NCBI GenBank assembly: GCA_022813965.1
Contig: JALDZS010000222.1
Location: 1-35,595, forward strand
Source of the DNA: Toensbergia leucococca
Taxonomy: Eukaryota
Reading direction: 5' to 3'
DNA length: 35,595 nt
A model generated the notes under the pieces. That model was not told the origin of the DNA, ran no database searches, and saw only the letters and a list, made by a program, of their open reading frames with translations. This document shows, piece after piece, positions 24,162 through 35,183 of the stretch; position 1 is the first letter of the stretch, and every line of letters begins with the position of its first letter. The position numbers were made by a program, and so were the translations under genes.

Positions 24162-26204
24162 ATGGATCGGGACTACCAGAATGCTTACGGAGGAGGGAAT
24201 TACGATGGGGGTTATCGAAGGACCACGGGCAGAAGTTAGTAGTGATTCCCATTGAGACCCCCAGGAATCGCTCAATGTGGGAGGAAGCCCGTCTGAAGTA
24301 CACCTACTGAACAAATACTAGGGCCCGTGACCGATTATGGCTCCTCTATGGTACAATGGATGCGAAATCGTCAGCCCCGTTACAAAGGTGGAGCGAACTC
24401 AGAGGTGGAGAGACCGAGTCCCAGCTACATAGTGGATGTATGATATTCATGCTAGCATAGATGAAATTCACCGTGTCTGATATGTATCCAATGTGCTAGA
24501 TGCTGTTGCCAGCCGCCAGACCCCATAACGCTGCCGATGCCATACCCTCCAAGCATCTCCATTCCTCCCTGAATAAGATAAAGCATCCTATCAACATTGT
24601 GCGATGGACACCGGAAGGTCGCCGTTTGTTGACTGGCTCAAGCAGTGGGGAGTTCACGTTGTGGAATGGTATGGGCTTCAATTTTGAGACGATTATGCAA
24701 GTCAGTGGGAGAGAACGAGCTCCGCCCCCTTCGCTGGTCAAGACTAAATCTGAATCGTTAGGCACATGACTCTGCTGTGAGGGCAGCAAGGTACTCTCAT
24801 AGTGAGGACTGGCTTGTCTCGGCCGATCAAGACGGTGTAGTCAAATACTGGCAGCCTAATTTCAACAATGTAAAAGCCATCCAAGCACATCATGATCCCA
24901 TCCGTGATCTTGCCTTTTCGCCCAATGACACCAAGTTCGTGACTGCTTGCGATGATGCCACGCTCAAGATCTTCGATTTCTCAGGAGGGATTGAGGAATC
25001 GACTCTTACGGGGCACAATTGGGACGCCAAGTCCGTGGACTGGCATCCTACCAAAGGCCTTCTCGTATCAGGCTCCAAAGACCATCAAGTTAAGCTCTGG
25101 GATCCTCGAACAGGTCGATGCTTGACAACCCTTCATGGCCATAAAAATACCATTTCCAAAACCGCTTTCGAACCCACTAGAGGCCAGCTTCTAGCGACGT
25201 GTGCTCGAGACCAAACGGCTCGAGTGTTTGACCTGCGCATGATGCGAGACATCTGTCTCCTCCGAGGCAATGAAAAAGACATCTCAACCTTAACCTGGCA
25301 TCCAGTCCACGTATCTCTTCTCACAACCGGCGGCTCAGACGGTAGCATCCTCCATTACCTCCTAGATGAGCCACACAATCCGGCCGGCACGGCAACAACA
25401 ATCCCTCCTTACGACAGCGCCGACCCATCCAACACTCCAGCACAAACTATAAACCCCGCTCATAGACTCCAATATGCCCATGACTTCGCCGTCTGGTCTC
25501 TAGACTGGCATCCGCTTGGCCACATCCTCGCATCTGGATCCAACGATCGGGTAACGCGCTTCTGGACGCGTGCCCGGCCTGGAGAAACCGATTGCTTCAG
25601 TGACAGGTATCATCTAGGTGAAGCGGCGGCCGAAGCACAAGGAACTTGGGACAGGCGAGGCGGGCGGAGACTGATGCGTGAAGAGGAAGAGCAAGAGTTG
25701 GAAGACGAAGCAGAGGGTCTTGTCGATCAGAAAATGCCCGCCAAGCAGCCCATTTTACCAGGGATCCCAGGCCTGGCCATTCCTTTCGCAGCTGCGAAAG
25801 ACGGAACAAGTATAGGAGGCGCCCAAAGCAGATTTCTCAACCAGAACAATCTTCCCCCCTCCTTGCCCGCTGGCATCGCAGGCATGGATACAAGCAAATT
25901 CGCAGCAATGCTGGCCGCCGGTACCCTACCCCCGCCACCCCCGCTCAGCGCATCGTCTGGACAAGGCCTACCTCCCCCACCTCCCCTACCAGCGAACTTC
26001 GATTTCTCAAAACTTCCCGCAGGATTGTTCCCACCAAATTTCCAGTTGCCGCAGGGATTTCCGCCTCCGCTGAACGCCAATGGCGGTGGTCTGCCTGGCA
26101 TGGTTGCTGACAGTAGCAGTGTGAGGAGGCGGGCGCCGTTACCGAGTCAGCAGGAGAGCTTGATGGAGGAGCAAAGAAGAGGGAAGTATCGCGCTGTGCG
26201 TTAG
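24162..26204 (+). CDS. PFS2: Polyadenylation factor subunit 2 (WDR33/Pfs2), WD40 protein, 4 exons, ~610 aa
   Basis: Exons 24162-24234, 24322-24437, 24500-24700, 24762-26204. Motifs [82 protein letters not shown]; Pro-rich tail. Confidence 0.95.
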
Positions 26205-26451
26205 GGCGCTGAGACGCTTCTAGGCGATTTTGTTTTTCAAAAGATACCAAGGAGTTTGGAGATGTTTGGTTTTGGGTGTGCGGGAGTTGAAGTTTTTGCT
26301 AGCTGTGCCTCATCTTCTTAGACCTAGATAGATCAATTAAATCTGCAAATCAGAATCCTCGTGTGCACCGAAGAGCCTAGAATCTTACCTAGATATTCAA
26401 GACGGCTACCCCTTCTAGAGTAGAGCGGCTAAGCTGCTGCGCCTGTCGCAT

Positions 26452-27260
26452 TGTAACGAAGGGGGAGTTACAGAAGGCCTGCATTTCGGTGCTAGGAGCC
26501 TCAAGAGAAGAAGTAGCTTCGTCCTCTAGCTTGCAGAAAGAACTCAGCAAGCTCGGCTACTGAGCTCATCACAGCCCTCAAATGAAGACTGTAAGTTGAT
26601 GCGGCCCGTTTCAAATGATGAGGCTTTGAGGAGAATGCCAGACGATACTAGAAGTGATCGGGAGGCAAAAAATAATTCCGTAGATTGAAGCAGCCCCAGA
26701 CAGAGTGATTGTGCACTTACTAACGCAGTACATCCGTAGTCCTGTCCGTTTCACACCCCCGTCTCCTTTCGCCCCCTAACGGCAACAACAACAAACGGCT
26801 CAAACGGCACAAACGGGGATCACTCTTCACTTTCCCACCTCTGTATCCTGTATCACCAAGGACGTGAATTCCCCTGAGTAATGAAGGGAAGCTTGGATGA
26901 GAGGATGAATCGCCGCAGCGATTCATCCGTGATGATCTGCTCGCAACAATCCTCATTCATGGGTATAAGTACGTTGGTTATTCCCGCCAAAGATCTTCTT
27001 CTTCTTTACACATCACACCTTCTTCCGCACACAAGCAACCTTCTCTTCCAATACACACCACCTACTCTTATATATATATACATCCCTCTCTTATATATAC
27101 AGACAGGCTTGTCTGTGCGTAGGAGGTGCTCTCACTCTTCCATTCTGGGTTCGCCTTCCTCCTTGACATACCTTCTCTCACACTCCTTGATCCTCTTCTA
27201 CGTATGAGGTGGGATCCTCGGCTGAGTACGCAGCTTCGACACGGCAGCGTCACCTTTTTG
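26452..27260. other. Non-coding structured segment at the core/accessory boundary, possible transposon terminus or LTR relic
   Basis: TGTAAC..GTTACA inverted repeat around a purine tract (26452-26472), an 11-bp hairpin (26903-26928), (TA)n tracts and a 7-bp hairpin (27099-27116). No second LTR or pol sequence seen. Confidence 0.3.
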
Positions 27261-27342
27261 TCTCCGTGATCTCAGAAACTCTCTTTATCTTCAATTCAGG
27301 GCTAGCGCCTCAGCCATAAGCGCATGACTCACATCTTGCGCT

Positions 27343-27640
27343 CTTCCACTGGACCCACTTCTTGCTTTCTTCCACTGGAGCCGAAGAAAGAAGGAACACG
27401 GAGTAATTACTCTGTGTCAGCCGCCACGTGTAGCTTGCTTTCTTCCACTGGACCCACTTCTTGCTTTTTTCCACTGGAGCCGAAGAAAGAAGGAATACGG
27501 AGCGCAGCTTGCTTCCTTCCATTGGACCCACTTCTTGCTTTCTTTCACTGAAGCGACTTTTTGCTTCCTTCCACTGGAGCCGAAGAAAGAAGGGACACGA
27601 AGTAATCACTCTGTGTCAGCTGCCACGCGCAGCAGCACAA
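27343..27640. repeat. Nested tandem repeat (CTTCCACTGGACCCACTTCTTGCTTT / CTTCCACTGGAGCCGAAGAAAGAAGG units), about 3 copies
   Basis: Near-identical blocks start at ~27343, ~27442 and ~27516. Confidence 0.88.
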
Positions 27641-28770
27641 GTGTGTTTACTTGAAGTTAAAAAGAGAAAGCACAGTCCATTCTCTGTCTGGTGGGATGTA
27701 TGCAGCATAAAACGGCAACAAGGTTGCCTCTCACCACCGTTTGATGTGAGAAACTTAATTCTAAACGGTCTTAGAGAACAGTTGCTTATTTTCTATAGCT
27801 AGGTGTGTGCGTCGAAGAAAGAAGAAGCACAGAGTAATCACTCTGTCTACTGCCATGCGCAGCAGCATATGACAACAAGATTGTCTCTCATCACTGATGT
27901 GAGGTGAGAAAATTTAATCCACAGCGCAGAAGGATAGAATTGCTTACTTCTCTATAGGTGACTATTTTTGTTTGAGAAAGAACAAGCACAGAGGAAACAC
28001 TCTGTGTCTGCTGCTGTGCTTTGCAGCATTAGAGAGCTTTCTTGCCCACCGCTGTTGTGAGGTCAGTAATTCAACTCTGTGACGCAAAAGAACAGGCTTG
28101 CTTACTCCTATATAGTTGAGAGTGTGTGTCAATTACCTTCTCTATGAAAGCGCAATCTGCTTCTGTATATACACCGCGCAGTAAGAAATTTCAATTATCT
28201 CTCACTTAAGATATTTACTAAATCTCTTATAGCTGCTCAATTGCGCTTTCTGCGCTCAGAAGACATTGCAGCAAACACACAATTCAGCACTGTGTACACT
28301 CCGCACAGTTAGAAATTTAAACATCTTTCACAACAAGATAGTCATCAACTCTTTTATGGCCGCACAATTACACTTTCTGCGCTGAGAAGGCAAAATTTTA
28401 CAAAGCGCAATAGAGTCAATACTATATTGAGCGCAATAAGACTTTTTCAACTCAATGCGCACAGCATCTGATAACTTATCACACAGCATAAAGCTGAGAA
28501 CAAATCTTTATGCTGAGAATAACTCTTCATCAACAAGAGTTGCAGCAGATTGATGAAAAGCACATTGCGCATCAGCGCATGATAAGACTGTTGCTGTTGC
28601 TCACTTGTATGAGTTCAATTGTGCTCTTTGCGCAAGATTCTTTGCGCATTTTTGCATTTATTAGACACAAGCTCACACAGACAAGTGAAGTAAGAAGTTG
28701 TGCAGTAAGTAATCAGTCTGCTCTGTGCGCGCACAGATTTTATGACAATTTCTAACATCATAAAAGCATA
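27570..28770 (+). pseudogene. Decayed intron-rich gene built from tandem exon-intron modules, probably transposon-associated
   Basis: Intron-like units at 27746-27798, 27904-27957, 28062-28115 and 28181-28232, with damaged units at 28308-28359 and 28436-28486. The intervening exons are similar to each other and contain stops and frameshifts. Confidence 0.5.
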
Positions 28771-30137
28771 CAGAGCACAATCAATGTTCAAAGACTATCA
28801 GAAATACTTGAATATTTTTTTGTGCGCAAAAGAATTAGTTTTAATACTCATATTCTCAAATCTCAGTGTTCATGCACTGAAAAAATTGCATGAACAAGCT
28901 GATCAGCGTTAAGATCATTCTTTTCTATCTTTGCATCAGAAAGCTCATGCAATAAGTATTGCACAATAACTGATAAACACAAGTCATCATTCAAGCATTG
29001 TGCAGAGACTAATAAATGCAAGTCATCATTCTGACTTTGCACAAAAGATGTTGCACAATCACTATTGCGCTATTTGAAAGAACATTTTTAAATTCTTTGA
29101 TACAGAATCATTTTGAAGTTTGAAGGCTCATACCTTTAGCTGTGCAACTATGTTCACTGTATAAGTATATTTTAAAAACGGACTTTGTTTCTTGAATATT
29201 ACCGCAATAGTATTTGCTTTTGCAATCAAGATCAGCCCTTATCGCTTCATAATGAATATTGTTCTCCTTACTTACCAGTCTGGACGTGTGACCTTTGAAG
29301 AAGAACCGTAAGAATCAAAGCCGCAAGAACTGAACAACTGTTTGACCTTAGTGCCGTACGACCAGAAAGTCTTCTTTAGGCTTGCTCATCTTGAAGGCCT
29401 CACACTCATGTCTCTTCCGCTCTTGAAGAACATCAACCCTCTTTCATTCTTCTCATTACTGAACACAATCATCATCAAGTCAGTTGAGGAGGCTTCTTCA
29501 AAACCAAATGATTGTCCCGCTTTCATGCTGTAAGCTGTGGGACTATTTCATCCGACGGCCTACATTTGCCTGCCTACCTATGCTGAAGAAGTCAGCATCC
29601 GTTCTCTTCCTACCTTCTCATAACCAAAGAGCTGAGCGACCTCCACATCTTTAAAGAAGTTGTGTGATTATTCATGCTGGACCATGAGTCTATATACACC
29701 TTAGACCAGTTTCAGTGTTGGACTCACTCATACGTACTTTTACCTGTTCATGTGCTCTTCAGTCCACCAGAATTACAGCTGGCTCTCTCTCCGCTTTACC
29801 ACATCGGTGAGCCTGGGTGCAAGGCTCTACCAAAAACGGGGTATTCCTGTAGAAGCATCCGGAATCTCTCGGCGACGATGTCATCGACCCACAAACTTAC
29901 ATTTCGGAATCCTTTTCGTCAAACTTACTCTTCCATCCTGCCTCATCCACGTCTGCCACTTCCACTTCCGCCTTTCTTCAATTTCTTTATTCTTCAACCT
30001 GCATCTGCCTTACAAAGACACTACCTCATCCGCCTTCAGCTTGCTTCGTTCCCTTCATTCTTCGACCTGGGATTAGGGCACCGAATATCCGAAGATGAGA
30101 AACGAACACGCGGGCAGCCTCAGCTGAGATCGTCTGA

Positions 30138-30932
30138 ATGAAACCAGCAGGCAATTCTCTCCATCGTGGGTCTTGGTAAACACAAATGCAACATCGTTTC
30201 ATCAGTAGCCGTGAAGAGCAACGGTACCATTTCAATAAACGATAGTCGCCGGCACCAGAGTATATTCAGCCATTTGAAAAAACCCCAGTCAGACGTGGAC
30301 TTGACCAGCCTAGTCCTGCCGCTAAAGATGATATGAAATCCTTCAAGTATGCTCCAGACATTGAATGGAGGTTACTTGGTGACGATTGTGCTAACCTTGG
30401 GATAGATCAATTATTAGGCCTTCGAGGAAAAACTCCACCAGCATTTCCAATCAACTCGGTCCAAGATGCCAACTTCCTCGTTGTCCTCAACTCTGGCTGT
30501 CTTATTCAAGGAAAATCACCACCCTAATCCTTCGCTGTGGATGGAACATTTTTCGCCCAGATTCACAGTCAACAGACTCAACTGACGACAGTCATCATCA
30601 GACCACCTTATTTGCATACATCCAAGTCTATTTTCATCGTCTTGGCATATACACAGCAAGAATGGAGGTCCATCGAGTATGAAAGACGACTGGCACACAG
30701 AGTACCAAAGCTTGAAGAAGGAAACTATCCGATGCTTTGGAAAACTCCCAGTCGCTTCTTTGCTTGCCGTCATTTAGCTAGGCGAGCATGTTTCGCGCTT
30801 GCCTTTGCTCACAGCTCTTCCGAGGGTGTTGTTACAGGAGCCATAAAGCTACTTGATCCCAGTGGTGGCTCCCACCTTTGGCTCCGAAGCTGCTTCATAC
30901 AAGTGGTGGCCAAGCTACTGGAATACCACTGA
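30138..30932 (+). pseudogene. Stop-interrupted reading frame, unknown family
   Basis: One frame runs ~265 codons with stops TAA 30177, TAG 30243 and TAA 30525, each one C->T change from CAA/CAG. It joins ORF-track entries 30333..30527 and 30537..30932. Confidence 0.4.
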
Positions 30933-31606
30933 TTCCCCATACCAATGGCTCCCACTCCTGATTCCAACAATCAATATCACCCACATCCTGCCAAGACCTC
31001 CAGAATTCGAACTTTGTGCCCTGATTGAGAAGGGCATCGAATCACCACGGCAGGACGTTCTTCCGTTACATCCTTGTTCCTATCAGGTCATCTTGTAGGA
31101 TTGGCTTTTCTTCGATTTCAGCACTATTGGCCAGATATTTCTTGAGCGCTGGAGACTTATCCAAAAGGTCGATTTAGCAGAAGAGATTAATGGAAATGAC
31201 GACCAGTCCTAATACATAGAGGGAGGGAACCACCAAATGACCTCGAGGAAACGGCGTCCGACAGCGCAATTCGACAGAGAAGGATTACGGCTGTTATTCC
31301 TAGGAATCGTAAAGCCTCAAATCACAAGCATACCACTGCTTGGTTGTCGCCGAATTTGCGAAGACAGTACACGCAAGCTATACTCGATATCATCAAGCTC
31401 GAAGAGATGGACCTGGGCAATGCTGGGTCATCTTCATAGCGGCTCGATGGAAAGAAGTTAATAGAAAGCCTTGTGTCGACGTATTTTCCACCGTGAATGC
31501 TTTTTTGACGCCAAGAGCACAGTCCCAGCCGTCTTCGAAGATGCCCTGACTGACTGCACCTTCCTCAAGAGCACAGAGATGACTTGGAGATTTCTACATT
31601 CGAAGT

Positions 31607-31930
31607 ACACATCGACTACTAGGTCTAGTGCCTTCGAGGATAAAGCAACTGACTTCGAAACCCTTAGAGCCCATACTTTTCTGTAAGAGAAAGGTTCCTC
31701 TGGGATCGATGCGAATTTTCGAAAAAGAGGGCCCACTAGTCCGACACTTTGGGATGAGCTTTGAAATTGCTCAGCGTTGTGGAAGGCTGAATTGGAGTTG
31801 CCGAAGTCAAGGATAAAGAGAATAGAGATGGTATAATACCCGAACGTAGCACACGTCGACCACCAAGTCTAGTGTCTTCAAGGATAAAGCAACTTTCCAA
31901 ACCCTTCGAGCCCATCCTTTTCCCAGGAAA
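31607..31930. repeat. ~80-bp degenerate direct repeat, 2 copies ~244 bp apart
   Basis: ACACATCGACTACTAGGTCTAGTGCCTTCGAGGATAAAGCAACT...AAACCCTTAGAGCCCAT versus ACACGTCGACCACCAAGTCTAGTGTCTTCAAGGATAAAGCAACT...AAACCCTTCGAGCCCAT. Confidence 0.8.
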
Positions 31931-32131
31931 CCCGATCGAAAACGACAATGGATCATCGAAAATTTAGTGGGAGGTCATTCGAGATCTTTTCCTTCCCACA
32001 GCATCGATGCTTTTCTGGGACGATAGCCGTCCGCCAACTCCTTGCAAACCACACCATCCAAGACTTCCGTAAGTTACTGTCATTAGCTGCAATCCTCGAC
32101 ACCACTAGTACTGTTTCACTACATACCAAGG

Positions 32132-32574
32132 AGATACTCCAGCGATGCAGAAACGATCTTTCTTCATGCTATCCAAAGCTTCCCGGGTTTCTTAAGAGAG
32201 CATTCGCTCAAGAACATATCTCTGTTGTTCCTCAAGAAAGGAGGAGCCTGTCTTTGAAATCTCGGTACTGACATTTGAAATGGGTCGATTGGAAGGCAGT
32301 AGCATCAGCAATGGTTTACGCGAACAAAGAAGTTGCTCAGCAGCGCTTTAGTCAGTGTTGCAAAAAATTCGGGTGGATGTTTGGCAAGAGAGGCTCCGCA
32401 GTTGCCAGTGGGTCTACAGCACCAGCACCTCGTGGAGAAAAGCGTCAAGCCCGTACGCACAACCCCACTTCTTTCATACCATCCGGTTCTTGTCCAGTAC
32501 AGGCCTATTCAATATCGCCGTCCCAGATATTTGGTTCTTTAGTACATCCTCCTCCGACCCAAGCAATTGCCTAA
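32132..32574 (+). pseudogene. Fragment of a small fungal Myb-like helix-turn-helix protein with damaged splice sites
   Basis: VDWKAVASAMVYANKEVAQQRFSQCCKKFGW resembles the fungal Myb-like pattern VDWxxVAxxxGYxNxxxAxxRF. Branch point TACTGAC at 32266 is followed by TGG where TAG is expected (32281-32283). Confidence 0.4.
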
Positions 32575-33152
32575 TCTTGCGCAAATCTCCCATATTCGCC
32601 TTCTGGATCAGAGAAGAAGAAGCGGGGAGCGTCGACGATAGCAGCGGTGTCGAATTGTGTCGCCGTCGGCTGCTACTACTACTACTAGCGGGGTTGCTTT
32701 CTAGTCGCCGGCGGCGGGAGGAGCGGGGACGGAGCGGGGTAGATGCAGTATACGATGCCACAGATCAGACGATCTGGTTGGTAGCACCTCGAGTCAAACC
32801 CATGGAACATTTTGCTTGGCCAAACACGTGGCTAGGAACTTGCGAGATAAAACTTCAGGCCGCCGGACCAGCGCCGCATCACAACTAGGTTGATCCTTAC
32901 TGGTTCCGTCCGAACGATGTCCGGGACATGGCAAATCGAGTCATTCATGAGTGCGTTGGAAAGGAGTTGGTATTGTAGAAGAAGGGGAGAGATTCTCGAC
33001 AGATTTGTCATGAGGTTATCCAGAAGATTTTCACCCAAGCCCCGAGGCTATTCATGCAGATAGGATTGGAGATCTGACATCTCGCTTGTACAATGACACT
33101 ACTTAACATTTCAAAAGCGACTCCAACACGTTCTTGCCGACTCTCATTGAAC

Positions 33153-33743
33153 TCATAGAGTGAGATCCACAGGAGACATCTCTTCCAGATGAATGTTCAA
33201 AAAAACACTCGATGCTGATTGGCCTGATCCTTGGCAAGATTCAAGAATAGAGTGTGCAGCTTGTCTGGAGGAGAGAGTGTGCAGCTTGCTTGGGAAAGGT
33301 AGTAGGCAGCTTGCTTGGAAAAGAGAGTGTACAGCTTGTCTCGAAGAGAAAGATGCTTTGGATCTCGGCACCAGAAATGCCTCGTCGGTTTCTTTTCGGG
33401 CTGCAGAGCCCACACTCTGCATAGGCAATGCACCCACAGCACCTAACGTTCGATGTTCCCTATTACACAGTGTCCGGCGGACCAGCGCAATACCATCCAG
33501 ATCGGCTTCAATAAGAATTAAAAGCCGGTAGTCATCTCCGATTGTGAACTGGGAAACGGGTTGAGATCATTTTGATCACCAAGCCGCACGGGTATCAAGG
33601 ATTCCCCAGGCTCTTCTAACATCTTTGTAAAGATTGATCAGGTGCAGGTATACAGTTGGGGACATCTTCTCTGGCTCGTAATCCTGGAGCTCATCCCGTA
33701 GATAGGGAATCAGATCAACCGCATTCTGCTTTTCCAGGTCCAT
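33153..33743 (-). pseudogene. Hypothetical-protein pseudogene with two in-frame TGA stops
   Basis: ATG 33743 MDLEKQNAVDLIPYLRDELQDYE... continues in frame into ORF 33153..33437 through TGA at 33578-33576 and 33569-33567 (compatible with CGA->TGA). Confidence 0.4.
33249..33350. repeat. ~25-bp minisatellite, about 4 copies
   Basis: AGAGTGTGCAGCTTGTCTGGAGGAG and variants in tandem. Confidence 0.75.
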
Positions 33744-33931
33744 CCCTCCCAAGGTTTTCTTCGAATCATCCAGTGGTCCCTCCGTTGTCTTTTATGGGAT
33801 CAACGTCGACAATAAGGACTCTTTGCGTCATGTGATGAGTCATCTTTGCCAAAGAGGAGGTCTAGGCGTGCTCCTTTCCCGTTATCATAAAGTGATGAAA
33901 TCATTACCATCATCGCTCCAGTCATGACCAT

Positions 33932-33987
33932 GACAGAAGGCCTCGAAGAAATGAGGCACGACAGAAGGCCTCAAAGAGATGAGGCAT
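33932..33987. repeat. 29-bp tandem duplication
   Basis: GACAGAAGGCCTCGAAGAAATGAGGCA / GACAGAAGGCCTCAAAGAGATGAGGCA. Confidence 0.75.
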
Positions 33988-34399
33988 ACATGTGAGAAAT
34001 ACACCCGGGCGCGACTGAAAAGCGACCCATGCTTGTAGATGATGAATCAGCTCTCTACCACCACCCCGATCCTGTCTTTGCGTCGGAACCACGATATACA
34101 TCACCCTCGGTCATCACATCGAATTTGCTAGGCTAACAACTACACCTCTTGTAAAAGGATCCAGATTTGACAACAAAGCCAAAAACAAATCTCCACCAAA
34201 CTTCATGTCCTTCATTGTTTTATGCAATTCTTTTCTCGATGCGAAATCCTCTAGCTAGAAGCACGGAGGGAGAGGATGGGTGTTGATAATCCTGAGACGA
34301 AGGAGATGTTGGCGAGAATGAGAGAGCAAGAGTTAAAGTTGCTGCGGCGAAGCTCTTCCTCCGGGAGTGAAGGCTATAGCGTCCTTTGTGGTTGGTCTA

Positions 34400-35048
34400 G
34401 TGCCCGAGGAACAGGTACCCGGGGTCGAGACATTGAATAGGCGAAGAAATCAGGCGGAGGCCAGGGAAGAGGTTGAAGTCGACGAGGGCAGGGTGCCCAG
34501 ATACGTATTCCTTGAAGCCCAAGCGTCCTCACTTGATTCCATTCCATATCCATTTGACTCTGGACGTGGAGACAGTCATTGCTGGAGTACGCGAAGCTGT
34601 ACGAATGGTATACGCCCATGCCTGTGGAACAAGAGCCATGGGTTGAGGTAACGAATTGGCGGGGGAACCAGGCGGAGGCCAGAGAGCCATTACTGGAATA
34701 CGCAAGGCTGTGCAGTTGGTACTGGTTTATACTTGGGGCACTTGAAGAGCCAGGGGTTGAGGCATTGAAAACGCGGAGGAACCAGGCGGAGGCTAGAGAG
34801 CCATTGCTGGAATACGCAAGGCTGTGCAGTTGGTACACGTCTATACTTGGGGAACTTGAAGAGCCAGGGGTTGAGGCATCAAACAGGCGGATAAGCCAGG
34901 CGGAAGCCAGAGAGCCATTGCTGGAGCATGCGAAGCTGTAAAAATGGTATAAGCCTGTGCCTGAGGAAGAGAATCCGGACTTTGAGGCATCGAACGGTAT
35001 ACGCCTATGCCTGGGAAAGAGGACCCGGACTTTGAGGCATCGAATGGT
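34400..35048. repeat. 114-bp (38-codon) tandem repeat with degenerate flanking copies
   Basis: A(A/G)CCAGGCGGA.GC.AGAGAGCCATT.CTGGA starts at 34666, 34780 and 34894; partial copies at ~34400-34470 and ~34577-34665. Confidence 0.88.
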
Positions 35049-35183
35049 ATCCGCCACCACCATCCCTATCACCATCACATTATCCTAGTACCATCCCAGC
35101 GGCATCATCATCACAACTTCCTAGCATACTACCATCATCCTCATCACCGCCGCAACATCCTCATCGCTCTCCTCTCCTCTGCC

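Noticed and set aside
27343..27640. Repeat array as CRISPR
   Set aside because: Eukaryotic context, no unique spacers, no cas genes; these are nested tandem duplications.
26452..33100. Full-length LTR retrotransposon
   Set aside because: No second LTR and no recognisable gag, RT, RNase H or integrase motifs.
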